A program made the translations under genes and the position numbers. Positions 56,842 to 64,000 of a stretch of DNA of 64,000 nucleotides are shown here, in pieces. How positions within the stretch are numbered: the first letter of the stretch is position 1; each line of letters begins with the position of its first letter. Location: the NCBI GenBank assembly GCA_041661245.1, contig JBAZUY010000001.1, positions 64,491-128,490 of the forward strand, read 5' to 3'. The notes below the pieces were generated by a model that saw nothing but the letters and a program-made list of their open reading frames with translations, did not search any database and was not told the origin of the DNA. This DNA is from an archaeon (GTDB taxonomy: Archaea > Iainarchaeota > Iainarchaeia > Iainarchaeales > JAAZKV01).

Positions 56842-56935
56842 TCCTTTTACAAGCAAAAGGATTTATCTAATCCTTTTACAAGCAAAAGGACATAGCAATC
56901 CTTTTACAAGCAAAAGGATTTATCTAACCCTTTTT
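56824..56935 (+). repeat. Four tandem copies (29/29/28/partial nt) of a hairpin-forming unit starting inside the 3' end of the MFS gene
   Basis: The unit gcaaaaggatttatctaatccttttacaa starts at 56824, 56853, 56882 (variant) and 56910 (variant). Each contains aaaaggat-N7-atcctttt. Confidence 0.85.
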
Positions 56936-56974
56936 AAAAACTAAAACTAATTAGAAACTAATTTGTCAAAAACT

Positions 56975-57367
56975 TTATCTTGGCAAGAAAGTTAATTTCA
57001 AAGTGAACCCTTGACCAGCAATCGCTTTAACAACAGTTCCTGAAATTGGTTTTCTTCCTTCAGTAAAAACATGCAAAGAACCCCAAAGGTCTCCCCCACC
57101 CAACTTGAAGTGGCCAGAAGCACGCATTATTTTAGTATTAGCAAAATCAATTTTCTTAAACTTACTTCCTTCCATTGCATTAACTGTTCCTGAAGTAAGT
57201 ACTCCATCAACATCAACAACATCACATTCAGAAATATTATTCATTTCCATTCCTTGTTTAATGCAAGAAACAATATTGTCCCCCTCATCAAATGACAAAG
57301 TCAAGAACTGTTTCTTGATTGGCTCCTTAATTACTATTGAATCAATACTTTTTGGCATAAACATCAC
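56975..57367 (-). CDS. Possible PPC (DUF296) domain protein
   Basis: Weak pattern: SGHFKLGGGDLWGSLHVF...ISGTVVK. Confidence 0.4.
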   Translation of the reverse strand: MMFMPKSIDSIVIKEPIKKQFLTLSFDEGDNIVSCIKQGMEMNNISECDVVDVDGVLTSGTVNAMEGSKFKKIDFANTKIMRASGHFKLGGGDLWGSLHVFTEGRKPISGTVVKAIAGQGFTLKLTFLPR

Positions 57368-57453
57368 CGATTTCTACTTACGTATACTCTTGCACATAGT
57401 GAAACACAATCGATTTTTAAGGATTGGGTTTGAAGAAAAAGCGAGTCAAGACA

Positions 57454-58731
57454 TCAAAACTTGAATTTTGATCCAGGAAAATCAAAAGTAGCGAAATAAT
57501 CCTTTGTATTCTCAGCCCTTCGGATTAGTTCCACTTTGCCATTCTCTCGCAATAATAATTCAGCACTTCTTAATTTTCCGTTATAATTGAAACCCATCGC
57601 ATACCCATGCGCTCCAGCATTATGAATTGCAATTAAATCCCCTACTTCAATTTTTGGAAGCATTCGATCAATTGCAAACTTATCATTATTCTCGCAAAGA
57701 GAACCAACAAGATCATATTTTTCTGTCCGAGGGGCATTTTCTTTTCCAAGAACTGTAATGTGATGGTATGAACCATAAAGAGCAGGCCTCATTAAATTTG
57801 CCATACACGCATCTACTCCAATATATTCTTTGTAAATATGCTTCTCATGAATTGCGCGAGTGATTAAAAAATCAAAGGGGCCTGTAACCATTCGGCCATT
57901 TTCCATTACTACTTTTAGAGGAGCTAATTTATTTTTCACGATTTTTTCTTCATACATTTTTTTTATTCCATTTGAGACATACTCCAAATCAACTGCTTTT
58001 TGTTCGGGTTTGTAAGGAATTCCAATTCCCCCTCCCAAATTGATAAAATCAAACTTTATTCCAACTTTGTTTGAAATTTCAACTACTAAATCAAATAACA
58101 TTTCAGCAGTTTGAATGAAAGCATCAGATCTTAATTCATTTGAGGCAAGCATTGTATGCAACCCAAATCTCTTTACTCCTTTTTGTTTTGCTATTTTATA
58201 TGCTTCAAATAATTGTTCTCTTGTCAAACCATATTTTGCATCCTGGGGACTACCAATAACATTTCCTTCAGCTGTTGCCCTTAATGGACCGGGATTATAT
58301 CTAAAACAAATAAGCTCAGGAAGTTTACCCCCCAATGCATTTTCCAAATACTCAATATGAGTAATATCGTCAAGATTAATTATTGCACCAAGCATAAACG
58401 CTTTAACAAATTCATCTGCAGGAGTATTATTTGAAGTGAACATTATTTGTTCCCCTTTAAATCCAAGTTTTTCTGCAATCAAAAGTTCAGGAAGAGAACT
58501 GCAATCCACGCCCATCCCTTCTTCTTTTAAAATTGAAATCAAAGTTGGGTTAGGACAAGCCTTAACTGCAAAATAATTCTTAAAACCAGTAATCCAGGAA
58601 AATGAGTTGTATAAATTTTGGGCATTATTTCTAATTCCTTTCTCGCCATATAAGTGAAACGGGGTTGGATAAGTTTTGATTATTTCTTCAATTTGAGATT
58701 TTGTAAAAAATAAATCATTATCATTATTCAT
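57454..58731 (-). CDS. lysA: Diaminopimelate decarboxylase (PLP, Orn/DAP/Arg decarboxylase family)
   Basis: FAVKACPN (PLP Lys), GGGIGIPY, and LCENNDKF. Lies in a dap operon context. Confidence 0.85.
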   Translation of the reverse strand: MNNDNDLFFTKSQIEEIIKTYPTPFHLYGEKGIRNNAQNLYNSFSWITGFKNYFAVKACPNPTLISILKEEGMGVDCSSLPELLIAEKLGFKGEQIMFTSNNTPADEFVKAFMLGAIINLDDITHIEYLENALGGKLPELICFRYNPGPLRATAEGNVIGSPQDAKYGLTREQLFEAYKIAKQKGVKRFGLHTMLASNELRSDAFIQTAEMLFDLVVEISNKVGIKFDFINLGGGIGIPYKPEQKAVDLEYVSNGIKKMYEEKIVKNKLAPLKVVMENGRMVTGPFDFLITRAIHEKHIYKEYIGVDACMANLMRPALYGSYHHITVLGKENAPRTEKYDLVGSLCENNDKFAIDRMLPKIEVGDLIAIHNAGAHGYAMGFNYNGKLRSAELLLRENGKVELIRRAENTKDYFATFDFPGSKFKF

Positions 58732-58793
58732 TCAATCAACTCTTTTTTCTAAACTTTTTTTAATAGAATGTCTGTCCAACATATTGAGTGCCG

Positions 58794-60020
58794 CTAAAGC
58801 TTTAAATTATTTTTAATACTTTCAACTGCTTTAATCACATTCTCTCTATGCCCAAAAGCACTTACTCTAAAATATCCTTCCCCGCTTGGACCAAATCCTG
58901 AACCGGGAGTAATTACAACATGCGCTTCAGTTAACATTTTGTCAAACAAATCCCAGGATTTCATTCCATTTGGAGTTTTTACCCACAAGTAAGGAGCATT
59001 AACTCCCCCGGAGACAACTTTGAGTCCTTTTTCTTCAAGACCTTTTTTTATTATTCTTGAGTTTTCCATATAGTACTCAATAATTTCTTTGCACTCTTTT
59101 AGTCCTTCTTTACTTAGAGCCGCTACTCCCCCATCTTGAACAATATTACTTGCTCCATTAAACATAGTTGTTTGCCTTCTATTCCACATTGAATTTAATT
59201 TTCCAATACTAGCATCCTCACACACACAATTCTTTGGAACAATACTCCAACCCAATCTTACCCCAGTAAAACCAGCTGATTTAGAGAAACTATTAATTTC
59301 AATCGCACACTCTTTTGCGCCAGGAATTACATAAATTGTTTTTGGTAAAGTTGAATCAGAAATAAACTCATTATAAGCCGCATCAAAAATTATTACTGAT
59401 TTATTTTTAATTGCATAATCCACAAATTCTTTTAACTGCTCTCTTGTTGCAACAGCCCCAGTTGGATTATTTGGACTGCAAATATAAATTAAATCAACTT
59501 TTTCTGTTGGAAGAGATGGAAAGAAATTATTTTCCAAATTGCACCCCATGTAAACTAATCCATCATAAGTAACCCCTGTATTTTTTCCTGTTCTGCCTGC
59601 AATTACATTAGTATCAACGTATACTGGATATGCGGGGTCTTGAACTGCAACTTTACATTCATTTGAAAAAATTGACTGAATGTTTGCAACATCACACTTT
59701 GCACCATCACTCACAAAAACTTCATCAGGAAGAATTTCTGCACCCAAATCTTTGTAATAACTTACAATTGCTTCTCGAAGATTCTTATTTCCTTGTTCAT
59801 CCCCATAACCAGTATAAGTTTTAACGTTTGAAAGTTTGTCAACGGAAGCGTGAAGCCCTTTAATTATTTCACTTGGCAAAGCTTCAGTTGTATTTCCTAC
59901 CCCTAGTCTTAAAATTTCAATACCTGGATTCTTTTCTGAATAAACTTTTACTCTCCTTGAAATCTCTGGAAATAAATACCCTGCAGAAAGTTTATCATAA
60001 TTAGAATTTATTTTTGCCAT
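58794..60020 (-). CDS. dapL: LL-diaminopimelate aminotransferase
   Basis: INSNYDKLSAGYLFPEISRRV and SFSKSAGFTGVRLGW (PLP Lys). ATG 60020 is preferred over GTG 60032. Confidence 0.85.
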   Translation of the reverse strand: MAKINSNYDKLSAGYLFPEISRRVKVYSEKNPGIEILRLGVGNTTEALPSEIIKGLHASVDKLSNVKTYTGYGDEQGNKNLREAIVSYYKDLGAEILPDEVFVSDGAKCDVANIQSIFSNECKVAVQDPAYPVYVDTNVIAGRTGKNTGVTYDGLVYMGCNLENNFFPSLPTEKVDLIYICSPNNPTGAVATREQLKEFVDYAIKNKSVIIFDAAYNEFISDSTLPKTIYVIPGAKECAIEINSFSKSAGFTGVRLGWSIVPKNCVCEDASIGKLNSMWNRRQTTMFNGASNIVQDGGVAALSKEGLKECKEIIEYYMENSRIIKKGLEEKGLKVVSGGVNAPYLWVKTPNGMKSWDLFDKMLTEAHVVITPGSGFGPSGEGYFRVSAFGHRENVIKAVESIKNNLKL

Positions 60021-60051
60021 ATAACTCACCACATCTTCTAATAAATAACGC

Positions 60052-60942
60052 TTATAAAAATCCCATTTCTTTCATTAATTGTTCAACTTTTTTTCGGTTC
60101 TCTGGCCTAAGTTCGCAAATAGGTAAACGATAAATCTCTTTGCACATCCCTTTCATCACAGCCATTGCTTTAATTGGAATTGGATTAGTTTCAATAAAAG
60201 CCATTTTGAAAAACGGCATTAACTTTTCATTCAACTTTTCAGCCAAAGAATAATTTCCTTTTAGGGCCACGGAAGTTAATTCTACTACCTCTTTTGGGAT
60301 AACATTACTTACAACACTAATAATTCCATCTCCGCCTGCTTTGATTACATCAAGAGTAAGCGCATCATCCCCACTAAGTACACAAAAATAATCTGGTTTT
60401 TTTGCAATTACATCCTTGATTTGATTTAAGTCCCCACTTGCTTCTTTCACTGCAACAATATTTGGGCAATCCTTAATCAAACATAATAAAGTATCTGTTT
60501 CTAAATTTACCCCACATCTGCTTTTAATGTTGTAAAGTATTATTGGAAGTCTTGTTGATTCAGCAATTTTTTTGAAGTGACGATACATTCCTTCCTGAGT
60601 TGGTTTGTTGTAGTAAGGGAGAACTTGTAAAATTGCATCCGCCCCAAAATTTTGAGCATGAATAGTCATTTGAACAGCTTCATAATTTGAATTACTCCCA
60701 GTGCCTGCAATAACTGGAACTCTTTTGTTTACTTTTCTCACAGTGAAATCAATCACCGTGTCACTTTCTTCAGGACTAAGCGTTGGAGATTCCCCAGTTG
60801 TTCCGCAAACAACAATCCCTTGCACTCCAGAAGCAATTTGAAATTCAATTAAATTCCCAAGGGCAGTATAATCAATAAGATCATATTCATCAAACGGAGT
60901 AATAATTGCAGTATAAACTCCGCGAAATAATTTTTCAACCAT
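60052..60942 (-). CDS. dapA: 4-hydroxy-tetrahydrodipicolinate synthase
   Basis: GVYTAIITPF, VCGTTGES, YNIKSR, and the VKEASG (Schiff-base Lys) pattern. Confidence 0.9.
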   Translation of the reverse strand: MVEKLFRGVYTAIITPFDEYDLIDYTALGNLIEFQIASGVQGIVVCGTTGESPTLSPEESDTVIDFTVRKVNKRVPVIAGTGSNSNYEAVQMTIHAQNFGADAILQVLPYYNKPTQEGMYRHFKKIAESTRLPIILYNIKSRCGVNLETDTLLCLIKDCPNIVAVKEASGDLNQIKDVIAKKPDYFCVLSGDDALTLDVIKAGGDGIISVVSNVIPKEVVELTSVALKGNYSLAEKLNEKLMPFFKMAFIETNPIPIKAMAVMKGMCKEIYRLPICELRPENRKKVEQLMKEMGFL

Positions 60943-60953
60943 ATTTTACCACT

Positions 60954-61709
60954 TCAATTTTTTATTATTGTTTTCATTAAATCATCAATATTATAAAATC
61001 CTTTTTTTCCATTAATGAACTCTGCCGCAAGTACAGAACCAAATGCAAATCCTTCTCTCCCTCTTGCAATGTGTTTTAGTTCAATTGTATCTACTGGGCA
61101 ATCAAATAAAACAGTGTGAGTTCCTGGAATGCTTCCGCACCTAACACTCGCAACATGTAGTTCTTCCGGATCGGGTTTTCTTTCAGCAAATCTATCTCCA
61201 ACAATTTTCTTTTTCCGAGTCATATTATCTAAAATTATTTTCCCAATTATCTGAGCACTTCCCCCAGGAGAATCTTTTTTCTGATTATGGTGAATCTCAT
61301 AAACTGCAGCATCATACTCAGGAATATTATTCATTACTTTGGCAGTCTCTGCAACTGCGTGGAAAAAAACATTCATCCCAATACTAAAATTTCCACTCCA
61401 AATACAACCAAGTCCATTTGTAATAGATTTCATTTCATTCATCTTATCGTACCACCCAGTAGTACCGACAACTAAGTTCTTGCCAAGTGAAGAAACTTTT
61501 TTTACATTCTCAAAAATAACTGCAGGCGCAGTGAAATCAATACAAACATCCACTCCTGCAAGACTTTGCGCATTAATTTCTTTAAAATCAGAGTCCTGCA
61601 CAACAGGATCAATTTTTACTATGCTATGTCCTCTTGCAAGTGCAACTACTTCCACAGCCTTCCCCATTTTTCCATAACCAATTAAAGCGATTTTCAAAAA
61701 CAACACCAA
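60954..61709 (-). CDS. dapB: 4-hydroxy-tetrahydrodipicolinate reductase
   Basis: KIALIGYGKMG Rossmann motif and EIHHNQKKDSPGGSA. The true start is probably TTG 61697 (MKIALIGYG). Confidence 0.9.
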   Translation of the reverse strand: MVLFLKIALIGYGKMGKAVEVVALARGHSIVKIDPVVQDSDFKEINAQSLAGVDVCIDFTAPAVIFENVKKVSSLGKNLVVGTTGWYDKMNEMKSITNGLGCIWSGNFSIGMNVFFHAVAETAKVMNNIPEYDAAVYEIHHNQKKDSPGGSAQIIGKIILDNMTRKKKIVGDRFAERKPDPEELHVASVRCGSIPGTHTVLFDCPVDTIELKHIARGREGFAFGSVLAAEFINGKKGFYNIDDLMKTIIKN

Positions 61710-61801
61710 TAAAGAATACGTAGTCTATGCCACAATTAGTTTATATAATGGGAGCATTTACTACGATATTCGTAATAGTTCTTTCTTTTTTACTCAAACA
61801 A

Positions 61802-62221
61802 TTAATCTTCTTTTAGAACAGGAAATGTTTCTGTTTGAATAACTCCGTCAATTGATCTAATTAATTCGAGAATTTGATTTAATTTATTAAAATCCTCTGC
61901 TTGAACAAAAGCAATTATTGAAAATCTTCCCGTAACTTCAAATACTCTCGAAGCACCGAGTTTAATTATTCGTTCAGAAATCTTTTGAGTAGGAACACTA
62001 GAGGAAGTAGTTATTTCAATTACTGCATTCGTAGCAGACCCTAAATCAATTGTAAATCTTCTAATTATTCTTTTTTCAATCAGTTTTGCAACTCTTTGTC
62101 TAATAGTACCTTCAGAAACACCTAACTCTTTTGCTATTGAAAGAAAAGGAGTTCTTGAATCACTTGAAAGCTTTTGAATAATAGCCCTATCAACTGAATC
62201 CATACTTTCTTTAGCCATCAT
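61802..62221 (-). CDS. Lrp/AsnC family transcriptional regulator
   Basis: DSVDRAIIQKLSSDSRTPFLSIAKELGVSEGTIRQRVAKLIEKRII HTH plus a C-terminal RAM-like domain. ATG 62221 is preferred over 62272. Confidence 0.85.
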   Translation of the reverse strand: MMAKESMDSVDRAIIQKLSSDSRTPFLSIAKELGVSEGTIRQRVAKLIEKRIIRRFTIDLGSATNAVIEITTSSSVPTQKISERIIKLGASRVFEVTGRFSIIAFVQAEDFNKLNQILELIRSIDGVIQTETFPVLKED

Positions 62222-62254
62222 AAACCTTTTATACCAAAATGCTGTATTTGCATA

Positions 62255-62437
62255 ATGGAAGAAAGAGCACAAGGGGCAATTGAATACTTATTGTTAATCG
62301 CGGCAGCAGTAGTTGTTGTAGCAGTAGTAGTTGGAATGATGATTGGGCTATTGACAACAGGCGGAGACCAAGCAACAAATGCAGGAAGCGATTATAATGG
62401 ACAGCTTAATGATTTAAATAAATTAAAAAGACCATAA
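62255..62437 (+). CDS. Small class III signal peptide (archaeal type IV pilin-like) protein
   Basis: MEERAQGAIEYLLLIAAAVVVVAVVVGMMIGLL. TATA ttttatac lies 21-28 nt upstream. Confidence 0.65.
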   Translation: MEERAQGAIEYLLLIAAAVVVVAVVVGMMIGLLTTGGDQATNAGSDYNGQLNDLNKLKRP

Positions 62438-62513
62438 ACTAATCCAAACTAATTAAGAAAAGCTAAACGAAAAAACAAATTAAAAAAAATTAACTCTTTT
62501 TAGAATTAATTTT

Positions 62514-64000
62514 TTATTTCTTTTCTTCTTTTGGAACAACTAAATCAATGGACAATTCTTTCAATTGTTTTATAGATACTTCACTTGGAGAGTCATCCAT
62601 TAGTGAAACAGCCGCCTTGTTCTTTGGGAATGCAATTACATCCCTGATACTATCAGATTCATTTAGTAACATTACCATTCTGTCAAGACCAAATGCTAAA
62701 CCACCGTGTGGAGGAGCACCATATTTGAATGCTTCAAGGAAGAAACCAAATTTCTTATTTGCATCTTCATCGCTAAGTCCAATTGCTTTGAATACTCTTG
62801 CTTGAACTTCAGGATTGTGAATTCTTACACTTCCCCCTCCAAGTTCAATTCCATTTAATACTAAATCATAAGCAAGTGCTTTCATCTTTAATGGTTCTGT
62901 TTCCATTAAAGCAATATGTTCTTTTCTTGGAGAAGTAAAAGGATGATGAACAAATGTAACCTTATTATCTTCCTCACTCCATTCAAACATCGGGAAATCT
63001 TTTACCCAAAGCAAATTATAAGTATCTGGTTTAATTAATCCAAGTTGTTTTGCTAATTGAACTCTTAAGAAACCAAGTGCATCATTAACAACTTTTGGTT
63101 TATCGGCAACGATTACAACTAAATCATTTTCTTTAGCTTTAACTCTTTCTTTTAATTTATTCAACAAATCTTCACTGAAATATTTTGCAATTGACCCGTC
63201 AAACTTTCCATTTTGGAATTTCAAGTAAGCCATTCCGTGAGCTTTGTAAATCTTTACAAAATTTTCAGCATCGTTAAGATCCTTTCTTGAGAAAGCAGCC
63301 TGGCCTTCGACATTAATGGCTTTAATTATTCCTTTATTTTCTACAACAGTTTTAAATGCATTAAATTCTCCTTTTGAAAGAATATCAGTTACTTCAACTA
63401 ATTCTAAACCGAATCTTGTATCAGGCCTATCAATACCATACTTTGCAATTGCATCATCATACTGCATTCGAGGAAGTGGAAGTTTAACTTCAATCCCTTT
63501 CATTTCCTTAAAAATTCTCTGAATAAGTTTCTCATTCACATTCATTACATCTTCTTCATCAACAAAACTCATTTCAACATCAATTTGAGTAAACTCAGGT
63601 TGTCTATCTGCCCTTAAATCCTCATCTCTAAAGCATCTTGCAATTTGAAAATATCTATCCATTCCGCCAATCATTAATAATTGTTTAAATAATTGTGGAC
63701 TTTGTGGAAGAGCATAAAAGTTTCCAGGATGAACTCTACTTGGAACCAAATAATCTCTAGCCCCTTCAGGAGTACTTTTTGCAAGAATTGGAGTTTCAAT
63801 TTCTAAAAAATTATTTGCATCAAAAAAATCTCTAATTACTTTTACTAATTTGTGTCTAAAAATCATGTTCTTTTGCAACATTGGATTTCTAAGAGCTAAA
63901 TATCTGTACTTTAACATTAAGTCTTCATTCGTTTCTGTTCGCTGTGTTAAATCAATTGGCAAAGGGGCAGATTTAGTAATTATTTCAACAGTATCTACAT
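62514..64000 (-). CDS. aspS: Aspartyl-tRNA synthetase, bacterial-type (with GAD insertion); N-terminus beyond the window
   Basis: [31 protein letters not shown], and [12 protein letters not shown]. The frame stays open to nt 64000. Confidence 0.95.
   Translation of the reverse strand, partial: VDTVEIITKSAPLPIDLTQRTETNEDLMLKYRYLALRNPMLQKNMIFRHKLVKVIRDFFDANNFLEIETPILAKSTPEGARDYLVPSRVHPGNFYALPQSPQLFKQLLMIGGMDRYFQIARCFRDEDLRADRQPEFTQIDVEMSFVDEEDVMNVNEKLIQRIFKEMKGIEVKLPLPRMQYDDAIAKYGIDRPDTRFGLELVEVTDILSKGEFNAFKTVVENKGIIKAINVEGQAAFSRKDLNDAENFVKIYKAHGMAYLKFQNGKFDGSIAKYFSEDLLNKLKERVKAKENDLVVIVADKPKVVNDALGFLRVQLAKQLGLIKPDTYNLLWVKDFPMFEWSEEDNKVTFVHHPFTSPRKEHIALMETEPLKMKALAYDLVLNGIELGGGSVRIHNPEVQARVFKAIGLSDEDANKKFGFFLEAFKYGAPPHGGLAFGLDRMVMLLNESDSIRDVIAFPKNKAAVSLMDDSPSEVSIKQLKELSIDLVVPKEEKK

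Noticed and set aside
56824-56935. Possible CRISPR array (regular 29-nt repeats)
   Set aside because: The repeats are directly adjacent with no spacers. There are only four copies, and no cas genes or leader are present. I treat it as a tandem repeat or terminator stack instead.
1-64000. Prophage, transposon, defence island or CRISPR-Cas content
   Set aside because: Reading all ORFs, I found no integrase, transposase, capsid or terminase, restriction-modification, toxin-antitoxin or cas-like signatures. The accessory-looking regions are surface-protein and modification-enzyme loci instead.

Overview
The window is AT-rich, gene-dense and clearly archaeal. Markers are TFB, diphthine synthase, Trm5, a Dpo4-type polymerase, ScpA/ScpB, the archaeal shikimate-entry enzymes AroA'/AroB', and three proteins with class III (type IV pilin-like) signal peptides. 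Small genes, many lineage-specific hypotheticals and several bacterial-type housekeeping genes (LeuRS, AspRS, Adk) suggest a DPANN-like lineage, but that is inference. I recognise about 70 CDS, two class II tRNAs (Leu-CAA, Ser-GCT), several hairpin terminators, leaderless-type TATA boxes and one 29-nt tandem repeat. I found no rRNA, CRISPR array, transposase or integrase. The most interesting locus is a divergent 8-gene cluster at 38.0-44.2 kb. It holds a LysW-like zinc-ribbon protein with a long polyacidic tail, a retropepsin-like protease, a GNAT, a Yip1 membrane protein, two RimK-type ATP-grasp ligases (one degenerate), a DUF1704/MATCAP-like carboxypeptidase homologue and an M29 aminopeptidase. 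I read it as a candidate system for adding and trimming amino acids on a protein C-terminus. The second locus, at 45.7-48.8 kb, has two stand-alone micro-genes for polylysine peptides (one ending CCCCQ) beside an orphan PurD-like ATP-grasp and two SET-domain methyltransferases. Other notable items are pilin-signal adhesins (GLUG/TSP3 and LamG), a 1495-aa S8 protease with a domain duplicated on both sides of its TM helix, a Cys-pair repeat lipoprotein, a GC-rich 84-nt island, and a thioredoxin reductase without NADPH motifs. All homology calls come from motif recognition by eye, with no searches run.
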